In this document: positions 54,520-63,647 of the stretch, in pieces
How the letters are laid out: the number at the start of each line of letters is the position of its first letter
How positions within the stretch are numbered: position 1 is the stretch's first letter
Source: Kaistella sp.
Lineage (GTDB): Bacteria; Bacteroidota; Bacteroidia; Flavobacteriales; Weeksellaceae
Assembly (NCBI GenBank): GCA_032057205.1
Contig: DAMCFT010000004.1
Coordinates: forward strand, 132,890-196,889
Reading direction: 5' to 3'
DNA length: 64,000 nt
The notes under the pieces: model-generated
Seen by the model: only the letters and a program-made list of their open reading frames with translations
Told to the model about the DNA's origin: nothing
The model's database searches: none
Position numbers and translations under genes: made by a program

Positions 54520-55583
54520 GTAGTTCACCACTTGTATCGATTATTGTTCCTTGTTATAATGCTGAAAAGTATATCCAACTGTGCATGGACTCCGTCTTGC
54601 AGCAAGAGTATCAGCATTTGGAATGCATATTAATCAATGATGGAAGCCAGGACCGTACTTTGCAACTACTTCATCAGTACGAAGAAGCCAATCCTATACT
54701 AAGAGTTCTTACGCAGGAAAATAAAGGCTTGTCCAAAACCCGTAACAGAGGTATCGAGCATGCGCAAGGGGAATTTCTCTTTTTTTTAGATTCAGACGAT
54801 GCGCTTGCGGCTGATGCCATCAGTTCGTTAGTGGAGGAATTTGATGATAATGATATCGTAACCGCCATCACGGTTGCGTGCACCTTTTCTGAGGGTAAAG
54901 CAAACAAAACGAAGCGGCTTCTTCATCCTAAGGAAGGGAATGTGACTTTTCAGAATAACAATTTTGAAATTCTGATCCGAACCATGGAAACTGGTCTTAC
55001 GCCTGTAGCTCAAAACAGATTGTACCGGAAAAGTTTCATTAACCAGTATAACCTGCGTTTCAAAAAAGGCATTTTGCATGAGGATGAACTCTGGTTTTTC
55101 GAGAGCATGTTGTTTGCGCGAAAGGTAAAATTTATCGATCAGGAAACATATTTTTACCGGGTGGATAATCAGCAGTCAATCACCAGTAACGTGGGAGACA
55201 AAAATTTGCTTTCTTACGTCAAGGTTATGCAGGACATGGTTAATAAATATGCCCATCATCACTCGTTAAATTATATATCGAAGTGGTATGCAACTTATAT
55301 TAAGAAGATTTTTCTGGATTTCGCTATTAGGGAAAGAGCAAACCTTAGTGATAGTGCACTGGCTGAAATGGAGCTGGCGCTACAAAAGAGCTACCTGCCG
55401 CTAACCGGCGAGCTGAACCTGTCCTTCAATAACAGGCTTTATTATAAAACTCTCAACAAACTAAGCCTTCACAAATTTCCGGTCATCAAAAAATACTTCT
55501 TCAGAAACCCCGTAAACAGTTTGCGAAAATGCCTGAAGGTTTTTCAAATCTGGCGCTTAAAAAATGAGTATGCGAGAACGTAA
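54516..55583 (+). CDS. family-2 glycosyltransferase
   Basis: 355 aa. VSIIVPCYNAEKYI, INDGSQDRT, FLDSDD. ATGA overlap with the previous gene. Confidence 0.85.
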   Translation: MSSSPLVSIIVPCYNAEKYIQLCMDSVLQQEYQHLECILINDGSQDRTLQLLHQYEEANPILRVLTQENKGLSKTRNRGIEHAQGEFLFFLDSDDALAADAISSLVEEFDDNDIVTAITVACTFSEGKANKTKRLLHPKEGNVTFQNNNFEILIRTMETGLTPVAQNRLYRKSFINQYNLRFKKGILHEDELWFFESMLFARKVKFIDQETYFYRVDNQQSITSNVGDKNLLSYVKVMQDMVNKYAHHHSLNYISKWYATYIKKIFLDFAIRERANLSDSALAEMELALQKSYLPLTGELNLSFNNRLYYKTLNKLSLHKFPVIKKYFFRNPVNSLRKCLKVFQIWRLKNEYART

Positions 55584-56565
55584 AAGATTTCTATTGGTGA
55601 TGCCGGAATACTCGGATTTTCCAACACTTTTTATGAAAAATCTTAAGAAGGTTGGCTTCGAACCGTTCCTGATTACTGATGCGCTGCCAAAATTTGAATA
55701 TAAGCGGTCACAAAGGGTTAAAAACTTCTTCAAGAAAAACTTGCTGGGAAATAAGCAGTACAAAAAAACACTTATCGAAAAAGACCGGGAAGAAAAATTT
55801 TTAAAAACTGCTGCCGATTTACCTCCAAGTTTCGATCATATTTTAGTAATTCGTCCTGATCTTTTTCCGGTAATGTTCATCAGGCATTTAAAAACAAAAA
55901 CCCCACAGCTCATTGCCTATCAGTGGGATGGTATTGAAAAGTTTCCCGCCGTTAAACAGTACTTTCCGCTTTTCGATTCTTTTTATAGTTTTGAAACTTT
56001 GCCTGACAACCGAGGTATGAAGAAGATTACCAATTTCTATTTTGACTTGGACGATGCTGAGCATGCTTCAATGCTGGTCCGAAATACTCCGCCGGTCTTT
56101 TACTTCGTGGGTTTAGACTGGGCAATACGGCGAGAAAAAATCAACAGGTTCGTGAATTTTGCAGTAAAAAATAACTTTACACTTCGGTTTTATCTTCAGG
56201 AGTTTGAAAAAAATGTAATGAAGAACTCACATATCAACTATATAAAAGATAGAATTTCCTTTGCGGAGAACTTAGAACTTGTAAAAACATCAGATATACT
56301 TTTGGATTTTATTGATCCCAGGCATAAGGGTTTGTCGATTCGGTTTTTTGAAGGTCTGCGGTATCACAAGAAAGTGATTACTGATAATCCTGAAGTTCAG
56401 AAATACGACTTTTATCATCCGCAGAATATTTTTATTTTGGGGGTGGATAAGGAGGCTGATATCATTCACTTCATTGAGTCAGATTACTATGAAATCGATA
56501 AAAATATTGTGCAGCGATATAGTTTTACAAACTGGATTGAGACGATAACTGCAGTTAACAATTAA
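55564..56565 (+). CDS. hypothetical protein in glycan island (possible GT-B-like fold)
   Basis: 333 aa. No motif I can assign. The C-terminal segment GLSIRFFEGLRYHKKVITDN loosely resembles the donor-binding helix region of GT-B enzymes. 20-nt overlap with the upstream GT2. Confidence 0.45.
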   Translation: MSMRERKRFLLVMPEYSDFPTLFMKNLKKVGFEPFLITDALPKFEYKRSQRVKNFFKKNLLGNKQYKKTLIEKDREEKFLKTAADLPPSFDHILVIRPDLFPVMFIRHLKTKTPQLIAYQWDGIEKFPAVKQYFPLFDSFYSFETLPDNRGMKKITNFYFDLDDAEHASMLVRNTPPVFYFVGLDWAIRREKINRFVNFAVKNNFTLRFYLQEFEKNVMKNSHINYIKDRISFAENLELVKTSDILLDFIDPRHKGLSIRFFEGLRYHKKVITDNPEVQKYDFYHPQNIFILGVDKEADIIHFIESDYYEIDKNIVQRYSFTNWIETITAVNN

Positions 56566-56578
56566 TTTCAAGAATAAG

Positions 56579-57460
56579 ATGAGAATTTGTGCCGTTGTCG
56601 TAACCTATAATCGCCTTGCTTTTCTAAAAGAGTGTATCACTGCTTTACTAAATCAAACAGTAGCCTTAGAAAAAATAGTTATTGTAAATAATAATTCAAC
56701 TGATGGTACGGCGGAGTATTTGCAATCGTTGCCTGCAAAATGCGAGATTATTAACCAGGAAAATGTAGGCGGAGCCGGAGGTTTTAACACCGGTATGAAA
56801 AAAGCCTATAACGACGGGTATGAGTGGATTTGGACAATGGACGACGATGTGGAACCTGCACCAGACTGTTTGCATCATTTGATCCAGTTCAGCTCTGTTT
56901 CTCAGTGTCTGCATCCGCTGAGGGTATTTATCGACACGGGCGAGGTTTTTAAGTGGGAGCATTACTTTGATTATCGCACTTGTATGCCTGTCTTGCACCA
57001 CAACATTTCGCTGGTGAATAAAGAGTATTGTTTTGTGAACACTGCCTGTTTTGAGGGTATGCTTGTGCATCGTGATATTATCAGCAAAATTGGTTTCCCC
57101 AGAAGTGAATATTTCATTGCCGGTGATGATACAGAATTTGGTGTTTTAGCATCGTTACATACGAATATTGTGTATACTGCCACCGCTCTGATGTACAGAA
57201 AAAGAGAAACCATCTCTTATAAATATCGGCCTTTGCAAGCCTACTATGAATATCGGAACTTATTTTTACTAAGGAAAAATATTCAACCTTATTTTGCCGG
57301 TGATCGCAGGATGTTTAAAGCCAATCTTCGCCGAGACTTTTTATATAAGATGAAGAAGATTTTGGTGGGAAAAGAGTATTCTTTCAGCGAAAAGAAAATG
57401 CTGCTTACAAATATGATCAAAGGAATACTGGATGGTCATAAACTATATAAAATAAAATGA
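56579..57460 (+). CDS. family-2 glycosyltransferase
   Basis: 293 aa. ICAVVVTYNRLAFL, NNNSTDGT, WTMDDD. Confidence 0.8.
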   Translation: MRICAVVVTYNRLAFLKECITALLNQTVALEKIVIVNNNSTDGTAEYLQSLPAKCEIINQENVGGAGGFNTGMKKAYNDGYEWIWTMDDDVEPAPDCLHHLIQFSSVSQCLHPLRVFIDTGEVFKWEHYFDYRTCMPVLHHNISLVNKEYCFVNTACFEGMLVHRDIISKIGFPRSEYFIAGDDTEFGVLASLHTNIVYTATALMYRKRETISYKYRPLQAYYEYRNLFLLRKNIQPYFAGDRRMFKANLRRDFLYKMKKILVGKEYSFSEKKMLLTNMIKGILDGHKLYKIK

Positions 57461-58350
57461 TGCGGGATAGTGAACTTATCAGCATAATCGTTCCCTGCTA
57501 CAATCAGGCAGCTTTTCTCGACCAATGTATTCAATCACTGCAGGCGCAAACTTGGCGACACTGGGAATGTATCATTGTGAATGATGGCAGTACCGACGAT
57601 ACAGCGGATCGGGGCCGCCACTGGCAAAATGCAGACCCGCGCATCCGTTACCTTGAAAAACCAAACGGAGGACTGTCTTCAGCCAGAAATGAAGGTTTAG
57701 CACATGCCAAAGGAGCTTATGTACAGTTCCTCGATTCAGACGATTTTTTAGCTCCGGCCAAGTTGGAATCCAGTATAAAGCAATTAACCCCGGGCAGTAT
57801 TGTTATTACGGACTTTTACCGTTTCGATGATGCCAAACAACAAACCCTGCCACCACATTGTGTATTGCAGCCGGGCTGTTTCACCTTAGAAAGTTTTGTG
57901 CTAAACTGGGACTTTACATTTTCAGTTCCCATCCACTGTGCGATCTTTGCGCGGGACACGATTGGTCCCACTCGTTTTATGGAAGATTTGAAGGCGAAAG
58001 AAGATTGGGCATTTTGGCTTCAGGTGGTATCAAAGAATCCACAGATTCGGTTTATCGCTGAACCGCTCGCATTTTACCGCATGAGTTCGGCTGGGATGAC
58101 AAAAAATGAAGAGGTCATGAATACCAACCGGATTGCCTTTATACAAAAAATCGGGAGTATTATTGATGATACAGCATTGCTTCAACAATTCTACAAAAAA
58201 AACCTAATCGCTGCCCTGAAAGAAAAGGCGCAGTTGCAGAAACGGATTAAATACATGGAATATAAAAGAACAGTGAAATATAAGATGAGAAAACTTTTGA
58301 AGATGGCCGGCTTTAAAATAAATGATTCGCTGGCAGATTTTACCGGTTAA
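57457..58350 (+). CDS. family-2 glycosyltransferase
   Basis: 297 aa. ISIIVPCYNQAAFL, VNDGSTDDT, FLDSDD. ATGA overlap. Confidence 0.85.
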   Translation: MMRDSELISIIVPCYNQAAFLDQCIQSLQAQTWRHWECIIVNDGSTDDTADRGRHWQNADPRIRYLEKPNGGLSSARNEGLAHAKGAYVQFLDSDDFLAPAKLESSIKQLTPGSIVITDFYRFDDAKQQTLPPHCVLQPGCFTLESFVLNWDFTFSVPIHCAIFARDTIGPTRFMEDLKAKEDWAFWLQVVSKNPQIRFIAEPLAFYRMSSAGMTKNEEVMNTNRIAFIQKIGSIIDDTALLQQFYKKNLIAALKEKAQLQKRIKYMEYKRTVKYKMRKLLKMAGFKINDSLADFTG

Positions 58351-58364
58351 TTACGGGCATTAAG

Positions 58365-58706
58365 TTACCGCGCATAATCATCCTCCAGCCTGATAATATC
58401 ATCCTCCCCAAAATAGGTTCCCGTCTGCACTTCAATAAAGATTAAAACAGCATTGCTTCGGTTTTCAATCCGGTGGCGGGCGCCCTGGGGAATGAAGATG
58501 CTTTCACCGTAGCGTAGCGTATGCTCTTTTTCATCCAGGATCACAACCGCTTCGCCTTCTACCACCGTCCAGAATTCCTGGCGGTGATGATGGTACTGGT
58601 AAGACAAGCGATGGCCCGGCTGAACCTCGATTCTCTTTAGTTTGTAATGGGGCTCATCCGCCAATACATAATACGTTCCCCACGGTCTTTCTCCAATTTC
58701 CAGCAT
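58365..58706 (-). CDS. stand-alone cupin, mannose-6-phosphate isomerase type-II C-terminal-domain-like
   Basis: ORF track 58365..58832 trimmed to ATG at complement 58704-58706 (MLEIGERPWGTYYVL). GHRLSYQYHHHRQEFW...IPQGARHRIEN. Confidence 0.7.
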   Translation of the reverse strand: MLEIGERPWGTYYVLADEPHYKLKRIEVQPGHRLSYQYHHHRQEFWTVVEGEAVVILDEKEHTLRYGESIFIPQGARHRIENRSNAVLIFIEVQTGTYFGEDDIIRLEDDYAR

Positions 58707-58722
58707 ACAGTATCTTTTCCTG

Positions 58723-58730
58723 CAAAAATA
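58723..58730 (-). promoter_or_regulatory. candidate -7 box for the cupin gene
   Basis: TAttTTTG on minus strand, 16 nt before ATG 58706. Confidence 0.45.
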
Positions 58731-58760
58731 ACTAAAATTATCATACGCCGATTTTTTCTG

Positions 58761-58768
58761 TAAATTTG
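58761..58768 (+). promoter_or_regulatory. candidate -7 box for gltX
   Basis: TAaaTTTG, 26 nt before ATG 58795. Confidence 0.45.
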
Positions 58769-58794
58769 TAGGCTTATTAAAACCCAACGGAATT

Positions 58795-60315
58795 ATGAAA
58801 AAAGTGCGCGTGCGTTTTGCACCCAGCCCCACCGGGCCCTTGCACCTGGGCGGCGTGAGAACCGCCTTGTATGATTATCTTTTTGCTAAAAATCAGGGCG
58901 GCGACTTTGTGCTGCGGATTGAGGATACCGACACAGCCCGCTTTGTGGAAGGAGCAGAAGAATACATCATGGAAGCACTGGAATGGTGTGGTATGATTCC
59001 CGATGAAAGCCCGGTGCACGGTGGCCCGTTTGGTCCGTACCGTCAGTCGGAACGGCGTGAGATTTATGATCGCTACGTGGCCGAGATTCTTAAAACTGAT
59101 TACGCTTATATCGCCTTTGATACACCCGAAGAACTCGATGCCATCCGCCAGGAATATGAGCAAAACGGGGAAGTGTTCGCCTATAATAATATGACCCGGA
59201 ACCGCCTGCGGAATTCCATTACTTTAACCAAAGAAGAAGTACAGCAGCTGCTGGACGAGCAAGTGCCCTACGTGGTGCGTTTCAAAATGCCGATCGACCG
59301 CGTGCTTAACCTGGAAGACATCATTCGCGGTAAATTTTCCGTGAATACCAATACACTCGATGATAAAGTTTTGGTGAAAAACGATGGCATGCCGACGTAC
59401 CATTTCGCCAATATTGTGGATGATCATGAGATGCAGATTTCGCACGTCATTCGCGGCGAAGAATGGCTGCCTTCCCTAGGACTGCACTGGTTGCTGTACG
59501 AAGCCATGGGCTGGGAGCGTCCGGAATTTGCGCACTTGTCACTGATTTTGAAACCTGAAGGCAAAGGCAAACTGAGCAAGCGCGACGGTGATAAATTTGG
59601 TTTCCCTGTCTTTCCTTTAAATTTTAAAGATCCCGCGACCGGCGTTGTTTCGAAAGGTTACCGGGAAGAAGGTTACCTGCCGGATGCTTTCGTAAACATG
59701 GTGGCACTGCTCGGCTGGAGCCCTGCTGATGACCGTGAAATTCTTTCGCTGGAAGAAATGGCAGCGGAATTTGACTTGGCTAAAGTACACAAAGCAGGAG
59801 CGCGTTTCAGCAAAGAAAAAGCAGAGTGGTTTAACCAGGAATATCTGCGCGCTAAATCAGCAGAGGAGCTCTTGGTTTTATTGAAAGAAATACCGGAAGT
59901 TGCCGGCAGTTCGCTATCAGATGATACTTTACTCCGAATTATTGAGCTGATGAAAGAACGTGCTGTCTTCGCTAAAGATATTTATACGGAAGGTCGCTTC
60001 TTCTTCGAGGCGCCGCTGAGCTATGATGAAAAAGCAGTAAAGAAAGCCTGGAATGCCAATGCATCTTCCCTGATGGCCGCTTTGACTGATACTTTGCAGA
60101 CAGTAGATTTTGAAAGCGATGATCTCAAAGAACAACTGCACCAGTTTGCCGAAAAGCACAGTGTGGGCATGGGTAAAGTCATGATGCCGCTTCGCCTGGC
60201 TTTGGTAGGTGAGTTAAAGGGTCCTGATGTACCCGATATCATGCGCGTGCTGGGTAAAGAAGAATGTATTTCCCGGATTCAGCATGCAGTGAATAATATA
60301 CCGGTGATCGCCTAA
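58795..60315 (+). CDS. gltX: glutamate--tRNA ligase
   Basis: 506 aa. HIGH region RFAPSPTGPLHLGG and KMSKS variant KLSKRD. Confidence 0.95.
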   Translation: MKKVRVRFAPSPTGPLHLGGVRTALYDYLFAKNQGGDFVLRIEDTDTARFVEGAEEYIMEALEWCGMIPDESPVHGGPFGPYRQSERREIYDRYVAEILKTDYAYIAFDTPEELDAIRQEYEQNGEVFAYNNMTRNRLRNSITLTKEEVQQLLDEQVPYVVRFKMPIDRVLNLEDIIRGKFSVNTNTLDDKVLVKNDGMPTYHFANIVDDHEMQISHVIRGEEWLPSLGLHWLLYEAMGWERPEFAHLSLILKPEGKGKLSKRDGDKFGFPVFPLNFKDPATGVVSKGYREEGYLPDAFVNMVALLGWSPADDREILSLEEMAAEFDLAKVHKAGARFSKEKAEWFNQEYLRAKSAEELLVLLKEIPEVAGSSLSDDTLLRIIELMKERAVFAKDIYTEGRFFFEAPLSYDEKAVKKAWNANASSLMAALTDTLQTVDFESDDLKEQLHQFAEKHSVGMGKVMMPLRLALVGELKGPDVPDIMRVLGKEECISRIQHAVNNIPVIA

Positions 60316-60323
60316 TTTTTTCC

Positions 60324-60331
60324 TAAATTTG
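60324..60331 (+). promoter_or_regulatory. candidate -7 box for accA
   Basis: TAaaTTTG, 20 nt before ATG 60352. Confidence 0.45.
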
Positions 60332-60351
60332 AAAATATTTTAATTAGAAGA

Positions 60352-61308
60352 ATGGAGTATTTAAATTTTGAACTTCCGGTGAAGGAATTGATGGACCAAT
60401 ACCAAACCTGTTCGCTTGTAGGCGAGGAAAGCGGGGTAGATGTAAAACTGGCCTGTTCCCAGATCGAAGATAAAATTATAGAGAAGAAAAAAGAGATTTA
60501 TCATAACCTCACGCCATGGCAGCGTGTGCAATTATCCCGTCATCCGGATCGTCCGTACACACTGGATTTCATTAAAGGGATTACTGATAAAGACAGCTTC
60601 CTGGAACTCCATGGCGACCGCAATTTCGCGGATGATCCTGCAATGGTAGGAGGTTTGGCCACCATTGACGGACAGCGCGTGATGATCATCGGTACCCAGA
60701 AAGGCCGCACGACCAAAGAAAGACAGCACCGCCGTTTCGGCATGAGTAACCCGGAAGGGTATCGCAAAGCACTGCGTCTGATGAAACTTGCCGAGAAATT
60801 CCGCATTCCTGTGATCACACTAATTGATACGCCGGGGGCTTATCCGGGTCTGGAAGCAGAAGAGCGCGGACAGGGAGAGGCCATCGCACGCAATATCTTC
60901 GAAATGACCATGCTGAAAACGCCTATTTTCTGCTATATCATTGGTGAAGGTGCTAGCGGCGGCGCGCTTGGTATTGGGGTCGGAAACAAGGTATATATGC
61001 TTGAAAACACATGGTATACCGTTATTGCACCCGAGAGTTGCTCCTCTATTTTGTGGAGAAACTGGGATCACAAGGAAGACGCCGCAAATGCGCTGAACCT
61101 GACACCTACAGATGCACTTCGCGAGAAATTTATCGACGGTATTATTGAAGAGCCGCTGGGAGGTGCGCATTATGATCCGCAGGCTGCGTTTGGATTTCTT
61201 AAAGTTTCCATTCTGCAGAACATCCGTGCGTTTTCCAAGTTTACGGCACAGGAACTGGAAACACAGCGCCAGGAGAAATTTATTGCCATGGGGCAGTTTA
61301 AAGGATAG
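60352..61308 (+). CDS. accA: acetyl-CoA carboxylase carboxyltransferase subunit alpha
   Basis: 318 aa. [10 protein letters not shown] and [11 protein letters not shown]. Confidence 0.95.
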   Translation: MEYLNFELPVKELMDQYQTCSLVGEESGVDVKLACSQIEDKIIEKKKEIYHNLTPWQRVQLSRHPDRPYTLDFIKGITDKDSFLELHGDRNFADDPAMVGGLATIDGQRVMIIGTQKGRTTKERQHRRFGMSNPEGYRKALRLMKLAEKFRIPVITLIDTPGAYPGLEAEERGQGEAIARNIFEMTMLKTPIFCYIIGEGASGGALGIGVGNKVYMLENTWYTVIAPESCSSILWRNWDHKEDAANALNLTPTDALREKFIDGIIEEPLGGAHYDPQAAFGFLKVSILQNIRAFSKFTAQELETQRQEKFIAMGQFKG

Positions 61309-61328
61309 AATTTATATTGATGAGATAC

Positions 61329-61370
61329 AAAAATCCCGTATTCAGCAGAAATACGGGATTTTTTGTTTTT
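61329..61370. terminator. bidirectional hairpin terminator (accA / ftsE convergent)
   Basis: aaaaatcccgtat-tcagcaga-aatacgggattttttg. Confidence 0.75.
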
Positions 61371-61389
61371 AAAAGGTAAGTTTTCGTTT

Positions 61390-62100
61390 TTACTCGAACA
61401 GTTCCTTCGTGTCGAGTACGGTGACTTTACCGTCTTCGCAGCGAATAGCCTCGCCCGGAAAATTGTGAATCATATGGTAATCGTGCGTCGCCATGACTAC
61501 GGCAGAATTATTTTCAAAAGCTACTTGTTTCAGCAGCGTCATAATCTCGTTGGAAGTTTCCGGATCCAGGTTACCGGTAGGCTCATCCGCCAGGATGAGT
61601 TCCGGGTGATTTAAGAGCGCGCGTGCAATCGCCACCCGCTGCTGTTCTCCGCCGGAAAGTTCATGCGGCATTTTGTGCTTCTTGGACTTCATGCCCACAC
61701 TTGCCAGCACCTCATTAATCCGGTCATCAATTTCAGTTTTATCCTTCCAGCCGGTTGCCTGCAAAACGAAGCGAAGATTTTTCTCCACGCTGCGATCCGT
61801 GAGCAACTGAAAATCCTGGAAAACAATTCCCAGTTTGCGGCGCAGGTTGGGAATGTCAGACATTCGCAAGCCCTGCAAATCAAATCCTGCCACATTTCCC
61901 TGTCCTGCTGCAATGGGGATATGACCGTACAAAGTTTTCAGCAGTGAACTTTTACCGGAACCGGTTTTGCCGATAAGATAGCAGAACCGCCCTTTTTTAA
62001 TGTTAAGGTTCACCTCGTTCAGTACCGTGAAATTCTTTTGTGAGATTTTAGCATTTTTCAGCCGGATCACGTCCTGGCCTTCCTGGGAAGAATGTGGCAT
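61390..62100 (-). CDS. ftsE: cell division ATP-binding protein FtsE
   Basis: ORF track 61390..62145 trimmed to ATG at complement 62098-62100 (MPHSSQEGQDVIRLKN). Walker A GKTGSGKSS, signature LSGGEQQR, Walker B ILADEPT. Confidence 0.85.
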   Translation of the reverse strand: MPHSSQEGQDVIRLKNAKISQKNFTVLNEVNLNIKKGRFCYLIGKTGSGKSSLLKTLYGHIPIAAGQGNVAGFDLQGLRMSDIPNLRRKLGIVFQDFQLLTDRSVEKNLRFVLQATGWKDKTEIDDRINEVLASVGMKSKKHKMPHELSGGEQQRVAIARALLNHPELILADEPTGNLDPETSNEIMTLLKQVAFENNSAVVMATHDYHMIHNFPGEAIRCEDGKVTVLDTKELFE

Positions 62101-62196
62101 ACAAGTAAATTTAAATATAAAGGCAACCGCTGTTGCGCTGCCCAAAAATAGCCAAAAACTTTTGCTTTCGGCTGCTATTTAATAAATTTTAACGAA

Positions 62197-62227
62197 CAAA
62201 AAATGCCTGAAAAGAAACTTTTCAAGC
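62197..62227 (-). terminator. rho-independent terminator after rpmH
   Basis: Minus strand gcttgaaaag-ttt-cttttcaggc (10 bp including one G.U) followed by attttttg. Confidence 0.7.
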
Positions 62228-62253
62228 ATAGTGGTATATGATAATATCCGAGA

Positions 62254-62412
62254 TTATCTCTTAGCGCGTACAGCACTTACAGTTAAACTCTTTCTGCCTT
62301 TCGCTCTTCTCGCAGCCAATACTCTGCGCCCGTTTGGCGTAGACATTCTTTCACGGAATCCGTGCTTGTTTCTTTTCTTTCTTTCAGATGGCTGGAATGT
62401 TCTCTTGCTCAT
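62254..62412 (-). CDS. rpmH: 50S ribosomal protein L34
   Basis: Not in ORF track (52 aa). My codon-by-codon translation of the minus strand: [52 protein letters not shown], stop TAA at complement 62254-62256. Confidence 0.95.
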   Translation of the reverse strand: MSKRTFQPSERKKRNKHGFRERMSTPNGRRVLAARRAKGRKSLTVSAVRAKR

Positions 62413-62457
62413 AGCTTACTATTTTAAGGTAAAAACGCTTTCTTATTTTTCAGATTG

Positions 62458-62465
62458 CAAAGATA
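62458..62465 (-). promoter_or_regulatory. candidate -7 box for rpmH
   Basis: TAtcTTTG on minus strand, 45 nt before ATG. Confidence 0.45.
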
Positions 62466-62571
62466 TAAAACTTTTTATTTGCTGCAAACTAATTTCAGTT
62501 TTTGCGTTTTCTTTTTATAAATTAAAATCAAGGAAACGCTGCGCTTCTTCGGCGAACAGGAAAACAAAACT

Positions 62572-62579
62572 TATCTTTG
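62572..62579 (+). promoter_or_regulatory. candidate -7 box for nrnA
   Basis: TAtcTTTG, 23 nt before ATG 62603. Confidence 0.45.
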
Positions 62580-62602
62580 TGGCTCATTCCCATTTGTATT
62601 TT

Positions 62603-63610
62603 ATGTTTACACCTGCTGAATTATCAAAGATAAAAAATCTGCTCACGCCTGAAAAGAAAATTGTCATTCTTACCCATTATAATCCTGATGGCGATGCGAT
62701 CGGTTCCAGTCTGGGGTTGAAGCACTTCCTGGCCGCAAAGGGAATTGAAGCAGAGGTAATTGTGCCGAATGACTTTCCTAAGTTTCTGAAATGGATGCCC
62801 GGTGCCAAGCAAATTATCATTGCCGATTACAAGCGTAAAAAAGCCGGTGAAGCCATTTACCACGCAGATCTGATATTTGTTCTTGATTTTAATTCTTCGC
62901 AACGCAGCGGAAACCTGGTGGGCCCGTGGCTGCAAAAAGCACGCGCAACCAAAATTTTAATCGACCACCACCAGCAGCCGGATCCGTTTGATTATGTATA
63001 TTCAGATGTAAGTATTCCCGCCACGTGCCAAATGGTGTATCACTTTATTCAGGCCCTGGAAGAGGAAGAACTGGTTAATAAAGATATTGCCGAATGCCTG
63101 TACACCGGTATTATGACCGACACCGGCGGTTTCCGTTTTCGTTCCACAAGCGCTACCACGCACAGAATCGTGGCCAATCTGATCGAGAAAGGAGCCGATC
63201 CCGCCAAAATCACCAGCAATACCTGGGACACCAATACCGTTTCGCGTTTACATTTGCTCGCGCTGGTGCTGGGCCGGATCGAGGTAGTGCAGGAGGGCAA
63301 GGTCGCCATCCTCTGGTTGAAACGTGATGAACTGAAGGAGCTGGGTTTCCAGAAAGGGGATACGGAAGGTTTCGTGAATTACGGCCTGGGAATTCTCGGC
63401 ACACAGATGTCTGCTTTCTTCATGGAAGATTTATATGAGGATTTCATTAAGATATCTTTCCGCTCGAAAGAAGATCTGGATGTAAACCAGTTTTCCCGAA
63501 AATACTTTAACGGCGGCGGTCATATCAACGCGGCCGGCGGAAAATATTATAAGTCTTTGGAAAGTACAATTGAAGATTTCAAAGACTATGTGGAACAGGA
63601 AGATATTTAA
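62603..63610 (+). CDS. nrnA: DHH-family phosphoesterase (bifunctional oligoribonuclease / pAp phosphatase NrnA-like)
   Basis: ORF track 62231..63610 trimmed to ATG 62603 (MFTPAELSKIKNLL). THYNPDGDAIGS, ILIDHHQ (DHH), DHHA1-type GGGHINAAGG. Confidence 0.85.
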   Translation: MFTPAELSKIKNLLTPEKKIVILTHYNPDGDAIGSSLGLKHFLAAKGIEAEVIVPNDFPKFLKWMPGAKQIIIADYKRKKAGEAIYHADLIFVLDFNSSQRSGNLVGPWLQKARATKILIDHHQQPDPFDYVYSDVSIPATCQMVYHFIQALEEEELVNKDIAECLYTGIMTDTGGFRFRSTSATTHRIVANLIEKGADPAKITSNTWDTNTVSRLHLLALVLGRIEVVQEGKVAILWLKRDELKELGFQKGDTEGFVNYGLGILGTQMSAFFMEDLYEDFIKISFRSKEDLDVNQFSRKYFNGGGHINAAGGKYYKSLESTIEDFKDYVEQEDI

Positions 63611-63614
63611 ATAT

Positions 63615-63645
63615 AAAAAGAGGATTGTTTTGGCAATCCTTTTTT
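63615..63645. terminator. bidirectional hairpin terminator (nrnA / hydrolase convergent)
   Basis: aaaaagaggattg-ttttgg-caatcctttttt. Confidence 0.7.
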
Positions 63646-63647
63646 AG

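Noticed and set aside
62231-62602. First 124 codons of the 459-aa plus-strand ORF (apparent long N-terminal extension of nrnA).
   Set aside because: This stretch runs antisense through a perfect rpmH gene and across two promoter boxes. It has no DHH-family similarity. The family-typical N-terminus (MFTPAELSKIK..THYNPDGDAIGS) starts at ATG 62603.
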